Assembly: GCA_026415355.1 (NCBI GenBank)
Contig: JAOAHF010000011.1
Coordinates: forward strand, 3,519-67,518
Source of the DNA: Brevinematales bacterium
GTDB taxonomy: Bacteria; Spirochaetota; Brevinematia; DTOW01
Direction of reading: 5' to 3'
DNA: 64,000 nucleotides
Below, in pieces: positions 41,989-53,866 of the stretch (the stretch's first letter is position 1; each line of letters starts with the position of its first letter). The notes below the pieces were generated by a model. The model searched no databases, had not been told where the DNA came from, and saw only the letters and a list, made by a program, of their open reading frames with translations. Both the position numbers and the translations under genes were made by a program.

Positions 41989-42587
41989 CCTCTAACATCT
42001 CCAAATCTAAAACTATCTCCATGCCCAGGAAAACAAATATCATCATCTCTAAGAATAGACAATAATCTACCAAGAGATAATAGAATATCTCTTTCATTAC
42101 CTCCTACCAAATCTGTCCTACCATACGAAAATCTAAAAAGCGTATCACCAGTAAAAACTACATTCCAATGAGGAGAATATATACATATACCCCCTGGAGT
42201 ATGACCGGGTGTATGTATGATTGTGAATTCAATTTCACCTATTGATATTCTATCTCCATCATGTAAGACAGTAGCAGGTTTCAAAGAGTAGAAAGGCTTA
42301 GCAAAATATGCTGATAGATTCTGAAAAGGGTTTGATATCATTTCTTCATCATATTTCCCCACCAAAAGTTTTGCAGATGTAGAAGAAACCAACAAATTAT
42401 TACCCATTATATGATCAAAATGCCCATGAGTATTTATAACGTATCTCAGATCAATAGATTTCTTTTTTACAAACTCGATTATCAAATCAGGATGATCAGC
42501 TGGATCGATAACAAGTCCTTCCCCACTATCCCATACGACATAACAGTTAGTTTGATTAATACCTAGACTAAATATCTCTATATTCAT
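41961..42587 (-). CDS. MBL-fold metallo-hydrolase (glyoxalase II-like)
   Basis: THGHFDH, TPGHTPG, FTGDTLF, PGHG. Confidence 0.92.
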   Translation of the reverse strand: MNIEIFSLGINQTNCYVVWDSGEGLVIDPADHPDLIIEFVKKKSIDLRYVINTHGHFDHIMGNNLLVSSTSAKLLVGKYDEEMISNPFQNLSAYFAKPFYSLKPATVLHDGDRISIGEIEFTIIHTPGHTPGGICIYSPHWNVVFTGDTLFRFSYGRTDLVGGNERDILLSLGRLLSILRDDDICFPGHGDSFRFGDVRGWLERLIGL

Positions 42588-42705
42588 AAACTTATCTCAA
42601 ACTTTAGAAGCAATAAAAAAATTGCATACCCTAACTAAAAATAACAAAAATAAATTTCTCTAGTAGCTAAAATTAAAGGAGGGCATAGCCCCCCAATTTA
42701 CTTAA

Positions 42706-43905
42706 TTACTTATCGTCAAGAACAACTATACCAGGAAGAGGTTTACCTTCAACAAACTCGAGAGAAGCACCACCACCAGTTGATATATGTGTCATTTTAC
42801 TTTCAACTCCTGCTTTAGCAACAGCAGCAGCAGAATCTCCACCGCCTATGACCTTTATCGCATCCTTGAGACTTGCTAAGAGTTTAGCAACTTCAACAGT
42901 TCCCTTTGCAAATTCATCTTTTTCAAAAACACCCAGAGGACCATTCCAAAATATAGTCTTAGCATTCTTTAGTTCATCACTAAATATCTTTATAGTTTGA
43001 GGACCTATATCAACACCTATCATATCAATAGGTATTTCATTTTTGCTCACCGTTTTTACTTTGGTTGGATTATCAATACTATCTGTAACAACTACATCTT
43101 CTGGTAATACGATGGTAACATTCTTCTCTTTCGCTTTTTGTAATATATCAAAAGCTACCGAAACATAATCCTGTTCTAGAAGTGATTTACCTATTTCAAT
43201 TCCCATGGCCTTGTAAAATGTAAACATCATTCCACCACCTATTAGCAGTTTATCAACCTTATTCAGCAATGAATTTATAACATCAATTTTGGTAGATACT
43301 TTAGAACCACCGAGAATTGCCACAAAAGGTCTTTTTGGATCATCTAATGACTTGCCAAGGTACTCAAGTTCTTTTTCAACAAGGAAACCAGCAACCGCAG
43401 GCTTACCCATTTGTTTCATAATCCTGGGTAGTGCTTCAACAGAAGCATGCGCTCTATGAACACTACCAAATGCATCACATACAAAGGCATCAACTACTTC
43501 AGCCCACTTTCTAGCAAAGTTTTCGTCGTTTGCTTCTTCTTCTTTATAGAACCTTACATTCTCTAATAGTAAAACTTCTCCTGGCTTGAGATTCTTGATT
43601 TCATTTATTGCCTCATCATTCACACAATCAGGAACAAACTTTACATTTACACCCAATCTCTCCGAAAGTACCTTCTGAACTGGTAACAGACTACTTTTAG
43701 GATCTCTTCCCTTTGGTCTACCAAGATGAGATACCAAAACTATCGCGGCTTTTTTCTCAAGAAGATATTTTATTGTTGGAATAGCAGCATCCACTCTAGT
43801 ATAATCAGTTATATTACCGTTAGAATCAAGGGGTACGTTAAAGTCTTCTCTAATGAACACTTTTTTACCAGCTAAATCAACATCTCTTACTGTCTTTTTA
43901 TTCAT
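42706..43905 (-). CDS. pgk: Phosphoglycerate kinase
   Basis: DFNVP, SHLGRP, LLENVRF, WNGPLGVFE, GGGDS, STGGGASLE. Confidence 0.98.
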   Translation of the reverse strand: MNKKTVRDVDLAGKKVFIREDFNVPLDSNGNITDYTRVDAAIPTIKYLLEKKAAIVLVSHLGRPKGRDPKSSLLPVQKVLSERLGVNVKFVPDCVNDEAINEIKNLKPGEVLLLENVRFYKEEEANDENFARKWAEVVDAFVCDAFGSVHRAHASVEALPRIMKQMGKPAVAGFLVEKELEYLGKSLDDPKRPFVAILGGSKVSTKIDVINSLLNKVDKLLIGGGMMFTFYKAMGIEIGKSLLEQDYVSVAFDILQKAKEKNVTIVLPEDVVVTDSIDNPTKVKTVSKNEIPIDMIGVDIGPQTIKIFSDELKNAKTIFWNGPLGVFEKDEFAKGTVEVAKLLASLKDAIKVIGGGDSAAAVAKAGVESKMTHISTGGGASLEFVEGKPLPGIVVLDDK

Positions 43906-43928
43906 AACTCCTCCCTAAAGAATTAATA

Positions 43929-45014
<1,086 letters not shown>

Positions 45015-45030
45015 TTAAAATTTTACTCTA

Positions 45031-45059
45031 TTTTTATAGAAAACTTAACAAAAAGTCAA
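45031..45059 (-). promoter_or_regulatory. Sigma70 promoter of gap-pgk
   Basis: TTGACT-N17-TAAAAA, then AAGGAGG SD. Confidence 0.55.
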
Positions 45060-45164
45060 GAAACTATCCCAACTTTGCTACAAATCCTAAATAACAATTC
45101 TCACAAAATTTACAGTCAAACAAATCACCCAAACTTCTAGTAAAGTAAAAATACAATGTTGAAA

Positions 45165-45746
45165 CTAAAACTTAAGCTTATCCTCGACAAATTTTTTATA
45201 CTTTATGTAATCCTCAGTAGCAATAATCAAAGGCACTATTATAGAACTAGCAATTACATAAGCCCATTGTTGTGTATTCAAACTCCTACTCATATCTTTG
45301 TAATTGTAAAAAGAAACTTGCTCCATTAAATATTTAACAACCATATAAGTAGTTGGTATAGAAACCAAAAGTATTATCTCATACCTTCTTTCATAGCTCA
45401 TAAAAAAGGGTTTTTCTTTCAGATCTCTTCTATCATCAAATTCAAAAGAAACTCTCAAAGATTTCTGTTCCTCAAAATTGACAGGTTTTAAAAAATTCGT
45501 TGAATGTACAGTGAAATTAGTATAAAATTGCTTAATTTCAAGTAATTTGACTAAGTCTTCAATTGAAAGATAATTAGTAGAAGATTGTACTAGAGAATTA
45601 CTGACATCTGTGTTAACTAGCTGAGAAAAAACTTTATACTCAGTTGGAATGACAAAAAAACCTAATAATATGAAAAACTTAAACACTACTCTATAGCTCT
45701 TGTGCATACACTTCATCAACCACAAGATAATTATAAAATCAAACAT
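45165..45746 (-). CDS. Hypothetical membrane protein
   Basis: Open frame with signal-like segment and two C-terminal hydrophobic helices (ERRYEIILLVSIP); start uncertain. Confidence 0.6.
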   Translation of the reverse strand: MFDFIIILWLMKCMHKSYRVVFKFFILLGFFVIPTEYKVFSQLVNTDVSNSLVQSSTNYLSIEDLVKLLEIKQFYTNFTVHSTNFLKPVNFEEQKSLRVSFEFDDRRDLKEKPFFMSYERRYEIILLVSIPTTYMVVKYLMEQVSFYNYKDMSRSLNTQQWAYVIASSIIVPLIIATEDYIKYKKFVEDKLKF

Positions 45747-45912
45747 GTACTTGGTATCAAAAACATTAAAACCAACAAAAAGTACTTTTTATCCCAAAAA
45801 ACAACACTATCAAATACAATAAGACCTAGATACTCTTTGAGAAAGTCAAGTTTAGACAAAACTTTGAATAAAAACATTTTATCAGATTATAATTCATTGA
45901 GAGGTTATAGAT

Positions 45913-46254
45913 ATGTTTATAAAGAATATTGTACTTGGGGTTTTAGGTATCATTATTTTTCCGATATTATACCTATTTTTTAGTAATCCTACCGTCTTGA
46001 TATTCGGAATGATAGTAAGTATTCTGCTTGTACTATTCTACTTTGTAAACGTATATGTAATGGGTAAAAGGAGAACTTTTTTTACATCTTTATCATCTTG
46101 GATAGTAATACTATCCTTTGGAATACCATTATCATACTTTTTCACAAAAGACATATATAACATAATTATCTACACTGGAACAATAAGTCTATCACTGAGC
46201 TGGCTACTTGTTTTATATGAACTAATAGCAAGTGAAACATTCAAAGGTTACTAG
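45913..46254 (+). CDS. Hypothetical 4-TM membrane protein
   Basis: GAGG SD, TATAAT upstream, four hydrophobic segments. Confidence 0.7.
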   Translation: MFIKNIVLGVLGIIIFPILYLFFSNPTVLIFGMIVSILLVLFYFVNVYVMGKRRTFFTSLSSWIVILSFGIPLSYFFTKDIYNIIIYTGTISLSLSWLLVLYELIASETFKGY

Positions 46255-47363
46255 ATTACTTTTAAGGCATCAATTATTATTCTTGGTTCAATTGTTATAG
46301 CATACGTATCTACCATCCTACCAATGGATTTGGGAAGAGACATATTGATTTGTGATTTCAGTGATTTTTTATCCCCTTTCATAAATTCTATCATATTAGA
46401 TATAGCTCTACTATCGTTTTTTACACCTAAATCTCTTAACGTAGTAGGTATTTTATACAACTTCATGATATCTACTATTCGATCATAATCACTTTTCTTC
46501 ATTACGTTTATTTTGGTTGATATAAAGCTTTCTACAACTATACCTACCCCAACTGCAAGTCCGTGTAATATCCTGTAATTAGAAAATAACTCTATTGCAT
46601 GACCAACAGTATGACCAAAATTAAGTATCTGTCTCAAACCTGTTACTTCTCGCTCATCAGCTTCAACAACTTCCTTTTTTATCCTACAACTAATCTCAAT
46701 CATCTTCGCAACAATCTCATCATCCTTATTAACTATACTATCATGGTTGTCTTCAAGGAACTTAAAAAAGTCCTCATCCCTTATAATTGCATGTTTTATA
46801 ACTTCGACAAGTCCATTTTTGTACTGAATTTCAGGTAATGTATCTAAAAACATTGTATCAATTATGACAGACTTGGGTTGATGGAAAGCCCCCACAGTAT
46901 TCTTACCATAAGGGGTATCAACACCAACTTTCCCACCAATAGAACTATCAACCATACTTAAAAGCGTAGTAGGAACCTGAATAAAGTTTATACCTCTCAA
47001 ATAAGTTGAAGAAACAAACCCTGCGATATCTCCAACAACCCCGCCACCAAATGCTACTACTATACCTTTTCTATCTACTTTAAATCTAAGCATCTCATTT
47101 TCAATATATTCTTTAGTCTTTCTATTCTTGTACTTCTCACCAGTAGGTATAATTATAACATGTATAGGCAAATTCAAAACTTTTAGATAGCTTATCATCA
47201 AAGATAAATATAACCTTGAAACTATGCTATCAGTTATTACAACTACAGATGACGATGAACACTTGATCACTTCATCCTTTATCTTTCCCAATACACCACT
47301 ACCTATATATATAGGATATGAAAGATCCTCATTTCGTTGTATATTAACTGTTAATTTTACCAT
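46251..47363 (-). CDS. aroB: 3-dehydroquinate synthase
   Basis: GGGVVGD, VPTTLLSMVDSSIGGK, LNFGHTVGHAIE, HGLAV. Confidence 0.96.
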   Translation of the reverse strand: MVKLTVNIQRNEDLSYPIYIGSGVLGKIKDEVIKCSSSSVVVITDSIVSRLYLSLMISYLKVLNLPIHVIIIPTGEKYKNRKTKEYIENEMLRFKVDRKGIVVAFGGGVVGDIAGFVSSTYLRGINFIQVPTTLLSMVDSSIGGKVGVDTPYGKNTVGAFHQPKSVIIDTMFLDTLPEIQYKNGLVEVIKHAIIRDEDFFKFLEDNHDSIVNKDDEIVAKMIEISCRIKKEVVEADEREVTGLRQILNFGHTVGHAIELFSNYRILHGLAVGVGIVVESFISTKINVMKKSDYDRIVDIMKLYKIPTTLRDLGVKNDSRAISNMIEFMKGDKKSLKSQINMSLPKSIGRMVDTYAITIEPRIIIDALKVI

Positions 47364-47366
47364 ATT

Positions 47367-47867
47367 CTATTTTTTCTCTTTTTTCTCAAGATACAATCCT
47401 CTTTCTAACGCAACTTTACCAGTTCTCGCCATCTCTAATATACCATAAGGTTTCATTAATTCAATAAAACCTTCAACTTTTTCTGAGGATCCTGTTATCT
47501 CCACTACGAGGGAGTTGTGAGAGACATCAACAACCTTTGCCTTGAAAACCTCAACAATTTCTATGACTTCACTCCTTCTCTCCTTTGGTATAGATATTCT
47601 GAGCAAAGCAAGTTCCCTTTCAACCCTTGGTGATTCAGTAATATCCTTTACTTTTATTGTCTCAACTAGTTTTGATAGTTGCTTTCTAACTTGTTCAGCA
47701 GTTCTTTCATCTTCATCAACAACTATTGTCATAACTGATACTTCAGGATCTTCTGTCTCACCAACAGATAAACTCTTTATATTAAACCCCCTAGCACTAA
47801 ACAACCCAGAAACCCTTGCTAAAACACCAACGCTATTCTCAACCCAAACCACTATGGTTCTATCCAT
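47367..47867 (-). CDS. ilvN: Acetolactate synthase small subunit
   Basis: ENSVGVLARVSGLFSARGFNIKSL, ERELAL, EMARTG. Confidence 0.95.
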   Translation of the reverse strand: MDRTIVVWVENSVGVLARVSGLFSARGFNIKSLSVGETEDPEVSVMTIVVDEDERTAEQVRKQLSKLVETIKVKDITESPRVERELALLRISIPKERRSEVIEIVEVFKAKVVDVSHNSLVVEITGSSEKVEGFIELMKPYGILEMARTGKVALERGLYLEKKEKK

Positions 47868-47962
47868 ATCAATCCCTCTCGAGAATTAAGTATTATATTA
47901 AACATTATCTAGTTTCAATTATTCACTTGATTAGCAGAAACATATTTAAGTAAAATTAAAAC

Positions 47963-48634
47963 ATGAGTGAGAATTTCAAGAACTACTACGAGATACTCGA
48001 TGTTGATTTTGGCGCATCAATTGAGGAAATAAAAGCAAGTTTCAGAAAACTTGCAAAAAAATATCATCCTGACTTAAACAACGGAAAAGATACAAAAGAC
48101 TTCAAAATAATACTAGAAGCTTATAAAATCTTATCAGACGATAAACTAAGATCAAACTATGATAAAGAGTACTTAAAAAGAATAACACCCCTTAAAAAAT
48201 TCAAAAACACTACAAACATCATAGATCCATCCAGGATAGAATATAAGTTATCTCTACTCAACATATCAAAAGCAGGTTTTGATTTATCAAAAAAATTCAA
48301 GAGAAAAGAATTTCTAGAAGAGCTAGGAGAAGACCTTGTAATATACCTCACAGACAAAGAAATAAAAGAAGGAGCACTTCTAGCAATAAAACTACCTGCC
48401 AGATCTGTATGCGACGTATGCTATGGGACAAACAGAAATTGTTACAGGTGCGATGGAACAGGATATGTAACAACTATACAAGAAGTAAAAATACACATAC
48501 CTCCTAACATTAAACACTCTGAAACAATCTATGTTGAGTTAGGCAAAATCGAAAAACGCAAAGGTGTAACAAAGTTTCTACCCAATGATTTAAAAATCAA
48601 GATAAAATGGTTATCAGCATCAGATATAGACTAG
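47963..48634 (+). CDS. Short J-domain protein with a single Zn-finger module
   Basis: [20 protein letters not shown]...CYRCDGTG. Confidence 0.85.
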   Translation: MSENFKNYYEILDVDFGASIEEIKASFRKLAKKYHPDLNNGKDTKDFKIILEAYKILSDDKLRSNYDKEYLKRITPLKKFKNTTNIIDPSRIEYKLSLLNISKAGFDLSKKFKRKEFLEELGEDLVIYLTDKEIKEGALLAIKLPARSVCDVCYGTNRNCYRCDGTGYVTTIQEVKIHIPPNIKHSETIYVELGKIEKRKGVTKFLPNDLKIKIKWLSASDID

Positions 48635-50070
48635 AGTTCTCTCGCAAATTTTGATATATCCTTTATTTTAACATCACCACTTTTTTCTATTGATTTAGTC
48701 CAATCGGCAAATATAGATTCTTGATAGAGGAATTGATACGCTGAATATATCTTATCAGCAACTTCAGAAATCTTTGAAGGTATAACTTCTTTTGTTAGTA
48801 CCTTATAGATAACCTTCGTACTCTGACCTACATCTGCAACCCCAATATCACTTTGAGACTTCTTAAATAAAGAAGAAATTAATTCCAGATCATAAAATTC
48901 TCTAGGTAACGAAAGGGCTTCTCCCTTTGTATCCGGAATATACTCAGTTAAAGCTTTAACTATACTAAATTTCCCAGTAGTATATAATTTTACACCTTTT
49001 ACTGTACTTACCTTTGTTATTTCGTTCCTTATCAAAAAATCTTTAATCTTATTAACCTCATTCCTAATCCTATCTGAATACTTACCCTGTAAGTAAGGAT
49101 AATTAGATAGTGTATACTTTAAAGAAACATAATCTTTGAGTTTTTGTGTCAAAGTATCAAATGAAGCAATTCTTGCAACCTTGTAAACAACATATTTTCT
49201 ATTCTCAAAGAAAGGCTTTGAAAGGGAATTTATATCATCCGGCAAACCAGTTATTATATTTTTATTCTTCTCAGGATCTAGTTTTACCAATACTTTTTCT
49301 TCATAACTACTACCTATGTTAGAAACAAAGGAAAAAGCGGAAGCTCTATCACTGAAAATAAATTTTTCAACATCGATTGATATCTTAGCATCTACCACTA
49401 TGTCTTTGTAGTTTGAAAGATAATATTTCTCAATTTCCTTTATGTTTAACTCGATTTCATTACGCCTTATATACTCAACTTCATCAAATTCAACTAACTG
49501 AAGAGATATCTTTCTATCATCGAGAGACTTAAAAATATAGAAGCTAACCTGAGATCGCTTTGGAATCCTACTTACGAAGGTATTTATTTTTGTAGGTAGG
49601 TAAGAAGACTTAAGTATAGACTCAACATTCAACCTCGCAAGTTTAATATCATGTGATGATACATCACTTTTTCTTGTTATAGCATATATATTTTCTGCTG
49701 TCACTTTATCTATAAACTCATCAGTTATATCAAAACCGTTATTTTTAGCAAATTCTTCTGTAAGCATTCCTACTATAACATTCTGTACTGCTTTTGTCAA
49801 AACTTCTTCCTTAGTTCTGGTTTTGTATATTTCTCTCAATCTCTCGTACTCTCTTACAACAGGAGAATTACCATAAAATTCAACAGGTTTGCCATTAACC
49901 TCTGCTATAGACTCAAATTCTTGAGTAGGAGTACTTCTATCACTGTAAGATAAAAAAATTGATAGAGAAAATATAAAAACTATAAAAAGTATTACAGCAG
50001 TAGCAAAAATTCTCTTTAAGTTTGGTTGTTTCTTCTTTGATCCTTTATCCATATCTACCTCCAACTGCAT
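48631..50070 (-). CDS. SurA-N/PpiD-like membrane-anchored periplasmic chaperone (putative)
   Basis: N-terminal [29 protein letters not shown]; C-terminal [13 protein letters not shown]. Confidence 0.5.
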   Translation of the reverse strand: MQLEVDMDKGSKKKQPNLKRIFATAVILFIVFIFSLSIFLSYSDRSTPTQEFESIAEVNGKPVEFYGNSPVVREYERLREIYKTRTKEEVLTKAVQNVIVGMLTEEFAKNNGFDITDEFIDKVTAENIYAITRKSDVSSHDIKLARLNVESILKSSYLPTKINTFVSRIPKRSQVSFYIFKSLDDRKISLQLVEFDEVEYIRRNEIELNIKEIEKYYLSNYKDIVVDAKISIDVEKFIFSDRASAFSFVSNIGSSYEEKVLVKLDPEKNKNIITGLPDDINSLSKPFFENRKYVVYKVARIASFDTLTQKLKDYVSLKYTLSNYPYLQGKYSDRIRNEVNKIKDFLIRNEITKVSTVKGVKLYTTGKFSIVKALTEYIPDTKGEALSLPREFYDLELISSLFKKSQSDIGVADVGQSTKVIYKVLTKEVIPSKISEVADKIYSAYQFLYQESIFADWTKSIEKSGDVKIKDISKFAREL

Positions 50071-50106
50071 ACTAAAACAACAAAATTAGCACTATATACA
50101 ACAAAA

Positions 50107-50481
50107 TCATTCCGAAAACCTATAATCTGGATTGTACTTCAGGACTTCATTATAGACATAGTATCCAAAATATTCTAACATCATAGGTGTTGGAAACGTT
50201 TCTATGACTTCATACTCCTTTATCCTCATTATAGAATTACTGAAATTAATATCTGCTTTTATTCTTTCATCAATCAATCTAGAAGCCTCTTCATACTTCT
50301 TTTCAAAAAACAACTTCCTCTCCTCCTCATTCAAAAGCCTAACAAAACTTTCATACCTATGTTTATATCTATACGAAGGTTCAAGCGAAGTAGCAGGTAT
50401 AACCTGTAGTATTCCTAATACTACAACTAACAACAAAAAGACACTCAAAAATACAAAATAAGCTTTAAGAGAATTACTCAT
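50107..50481 (-). CDS. Hypothetical protein with N-terminal TM
   Basis: GGAGG SD, 124-aa ORF within a minus-strand gene run. Confidence 0.7.
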   Translation of the reverse strand: MSNSLKAYFVFLSVFLLLVVVLGILQVIPATSLEPSYRYKHRYESFVRLLNEEERKLFFEKKYEEASRLIDERIKADINFSNSIMRIKEYEVIETFPTPMMLEYFGYYVYNEVLKYNPDYRFSE

Positions 50482-50492
50482 AAAACCACCTC

Positions 50493-52553
50493 CTACTTTT
50501 TAAGCATATTTATTCTCTGTAAAGCATAACTATACTCTTGGGTACTGGGACCCGACCAATTATCAACAAACAGAGAATAATATTTTAATGCTTCCTCTCT
50601 CTTACCTAAATTATCAGCAGAAAACCCAACAGCAAAGTAAAGGTATTTATTATCCTTAACTCTAGCAACACCTTCAAGTCCATACTTGTAAGCACTGCTG
50701 AAATCTCTAATTGAGATGTAGAAATTTATAACATTCATGTAAAACACACTATCCTTATTCTTACTCAATTTTATATAGTTCTCAATAGCATTTTTAGCCT
50801 TATTAAGCATTTGTAAATCCACACCTGAAAATCTTGCCAAATATAAATTAGCCAGTTGTAAATATATTTGTGCCTTTTGACCATCATCAGCTAAAGTAGA
50901 TACCATACTCTCATACATCCTTATATTTGAAATAGGAGTTGATTTGAATCTATCTGCTATATTCTTAAGAGTATTCAAATCATTATACTCTGGTGATCTT
51001 TTCGGATCTCCATCAAACTGCTTTTTATAAGACAAATTCTTTATAAGCATATCGCAATACACCTTAACTTCATCCAAGTACCTAGATTCTTCCTCTGGAG
51101 TAGCATAGGTATTAACATACTCAAAAGCTAAAACTCCAAATCTAATAAACGCGTAAGAAGCAAACATGTCAACAGAAATAGCTTCTCTTATGAGAGATAT
51201 CGATCTAAGGAAATATTCTTTTGCTTTTTCAAGATTGTTCTCATCAGCGTAATACTTAGACAACTGATAGTACAACATAGCACTATTAAACAACATTGGA
51301 GCCATATCTGCACCATATTTAACTGCTTCTTCGATATAGTTAGGTATATCTGATTTGTACTGCTCTATCAAGCCAATTAACTCACTCTTAATTCCAGGTT
51401 CAACAATACTAAGTACACTTCGGTATTCTGAAACCTTATCAAAATAATACTTAGCAAGAGAATAGTTAAAAGAAGATGCTATTTCCTTAGTAAGATAATC
51501 CCACCAAACAGATACTGGTGTCTGAGTCCATCTTTGTTTGTAGTAATTGTAGTAATCTGTTGTATCCAAACCATTAGGATGCTCATAATCCTTGACAAAA
51601 TAAACCCTACCACCCCTAACGGATATATACCCCTCTTTTGAGAGATCGGCTAAAACCTGATTAAACACTATATCAAAAACTCTGTTTGCTCTCTGGTTAA
51701 CTTCTTGCACTATTTGGTTTAAACTATTCAAATCAATAATTAGCCCCTCTAAAGATTTCTCATATATAACTCTCTTAACAATTTCATTGTATAATAATTT
51801 ACCATCCTTACCACCTCTGTAAACAAACTCCTTCTTAGGTACAATTCTATTAGTATCAAACTTTACATACCCTTCATATTCCAAAACTCTAGCCAATTCA
51901 AAAACCTTTTGAGCATTGATATTCGGAATTAAAATAGATTTGTATATGCTCTTAACATAATCAATAGGAAGCGATTTGTATTCCTTTAATTTATCAACGA
52001 TAAAGTATTTTGAATCACTAACTTTATACATCATTCCGTATTGTTTATAGTAGTAGTCTCCGTACTTCCAAAGCTCTTTACCGGTCCAAGTCATATAAAC
52101 ATTTTTTTTACCTATTTCGTTCTTAAATTTGTATGCTTCAAACTCAGGTTCACCTTTGGTTTTCAACTCACTCCTATAGAAAGGCTCATATCCGTTAACT
52201 ATGTTATAATCAACTATATCCATTCTAAGCTGAAGGTTCTGAAATGGAAGATACCTTAAATCACCATATATTCTCTTAAAAACATTACCTTTCTGATCGT
52301 AACAAACAACATCAGGCCTTTTAAATTCTACCATCTGAAAATATGCAAGACCAAAAACTTGATTATCTCCACCCTCTGTCATCAAAACAGTGTTAGTAGT
52401 AACAGATCTAAGAAGCCCAAGAGAATAATCATTGTTAAGCCAATCCATTGAGTTATCGTTGTACTTATAATTTTGCAAATATGTAAAAGCAACTAAAATA
52501 AAGAATACCACTCCCAACAATATATCAACAATCAACTTTCTCATACCCACCAC
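50493..52553 (-). CDS. TPR protein resembling the C-terminal half of DUF2723/TMEM260 (GT117) proteins
   Basis: Single N-terminal TM then LMTEGGDNQVFGLAYFQMVEFKRPDV; TPR-like helices at the C-terminus. Confidence 0.6.
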   Translation of the reverse strand: MVGMRKLIVDILLGVVFFILVAFTYLQNYKYNDNSMDWLNNDYSLGLLRSVTTNTVLMTEGGDNQVFGLAYFQMVEFKRPDVVCYDQKGNVFKRIYGDLRYLPFQNLQLRMDIVDYNIVNGYEPFYRSELKTKGEPEFEAYKFKNEIGKKNVYMTWTGKELWKYGDYYYKQYGMMYKVSDSKYFIVDKLKEYKSLPIDYVKSIYKSILIPNINAQKVFELARVLEYEGYVKFDTNRIVPKKEFVYRGGKDGKLLYNEIVKRVIYEKSLEGLIIDLNSLNQIVQEVNQRANRVFDIVFNQVLADLSKEGYISVRGGRVYFVKDYEHPNGLDTTDYYNYYKQRWTQTPVSVWWDYLTKEIASSFNYSLAKYYFDKVSEYRSVLSIVEPGIKSELIGLIEQYKSDIPNYIEEAVKYGADMAPMLFNSAMLYYQLSKYYADENNLEKAKEYFLRSISLIREAISVDMFASYAFIRFGVLAFEYVNTYATPEEESRYLDEVKVYCDMLIKNLSYKKQFDGDPKRSPEYNDLNTLKNIADRFKSTPISNIRMYESMVSTLADDGQKAQIYLQLANLYLARFSGVDLQMLNKAKNAIENYIKLSKNKDSVFYMNVINFYISIRDFSSAYKYGLEGVARVKDNKYLYFAVGFSADNLGKREEALKYYSLFVDNWSGPSTQEYSYALQRINMLKK

Positions 52554-52706
52554 CAGACTTTAATACTAATCAAAACAATTCTGTCTTTTCAATTTAATAA
52601 CGATTAAAATACTCCATAAAATATCTTGTCAAACAACTAAAAATCTAAAATAAATCTCCCAAACATCTATTTGATACAACTCAAATTAGTTATTAAAAAT
52701 TCAGAC

Positions 52707-53717
52707 ATGGTAGATTTAAAAGATATCTTCAAATTCAAAAAAGTAATGATAGTAGCAGAAATCGGAATAAACCACAATGGAATCATTGATAGACTATTTA
52801 AACTAGTTGAAAAAGCAAAATTATCTAACGCTGACGCTGTAAAATTTCAAATATTTTCCGAAGAACTTTTCTACATACCCGAAAAGTACCTACCTAAAGA
52901 TATATATCAAAAACTACCCATCGAAATATTTAAAAAAGCGTATATACCTTTCCATAAGTACAAAGAAGTTTTTGACTACTCAAAAAGTTTAGGCATTTTA
53001 CCTTTTGCTACCCCTTTAGATCTACAGAGCTTTGAATTCCTAACTAGCATAGAAGTTGAAGTATTTAAAGTAGCAAGCTCTGATATAACATATGTACCAC
53101 TCCTCAAAAGAATCTCGAAAACTAAAAAACCTTGTATTATATCAACAGGTTTTAGTAACATTGATGAAGTTGACAAATATGTAAAGTTACTCAAAAACAA
53201 TCCTCTAGTTGTTATGTTTTGTGTATCAAGGTATCCGTCAACACCTGAAGACATATCAATTAAAGAATTCATAGAGTTCAAAAATAAATTTGAAGATAAG
53301 AAAAGACCATCCCTAGTTGGATTTTCAGACCACACCAAAACTACATCACTACCTATTGCAATGGTAACTCTTGGTGCTAGAGTAGTAGAAAAACATTTAA
53401 CCCTAGATGAGAATGATAACGCCTACGATAACGCTGTTTCTATATCTCCAGAAAAGTTCAAAGTAATGGTTGAAATGATAAGAGAGGTAGAAATTTCACT
53501 ATCAATCCCAAAAAGGAACTTACCCTCGGAGTTTGTCAGAAAAATGTCTGTTAGAAGTCTAGTCTCATCGACCTCTATCAGCAAAGATACATTAATAACA
53601 GAAGATAAATTAGAAGCTCTAAGGCCAGGAATATTCACAGAATCATCTATAAAAAACTGGAACAAGATTATAAACAAAAAAGCACACAAAAACTATTCTC
53701 CAAATGAACCAATATAA
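52707..53717 (+). CDS. NeuB-family nonulosonic acid synthase (PseI/LegI/NeuB) with SAF/AFP domain
   Basis: AEIGINHNG, AVKFQ, KVASSD, ISTG, GFSDHT, VEKHLTLD, RSL...LRPG. Confidence 0.9.
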   Translation: MVDLKDIFKFKKVMIVAEIGINHNGIIDRLFKLVEKAKLSNADAVKFQIFSEELFYIPEKYLPKDIYQKLPIEIFKKAYIPFHKYKEVFDYSKSLGILPFATPLDLQSFEFLTSIEVEVFKVASSDITYVPLLKRISKTKKPCIISTGFSNIDEVDKYVKLLKNNPLVVMFCVSRYPSTPEDISIKEFIEFKNKFEDKKRPSLVGFSDHTKTTSLPIAMVTLGARVVEKHLTLDENDNAYDNAVSISPEKFKVMVEMIREVEISLSIPKRNLPSEFVRKMSVRSLVSSTSISKDTLITEDKLEALRPGIFTESSIKNWNKIINKKAHKNYSPNEPI

Positions 53718-53776
53718 ATAATCCTGACAACACATCAACTACTAACAACATTATGTAATTGGAGAGTTAATGAGCT

Positions 53777-53803
53777 TAAGGATACTAATACTTTTTCCGA
53801 AAA
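53777..53803 (+). promoter_or_regulatory. Sigma28-like promoter of flagellin-like gene
   Basis: TAAG-N15-TCCGAAAA, compared with TAAA-N16-TCCGATAA at flaA. Confidence 0.5.
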
Positions 53804-53866
53804 TTCCAATTGAGGTTATTGTTGAAAGGATGTAAAGCTATGTGATATACTGTCTAGGGGATAGCT

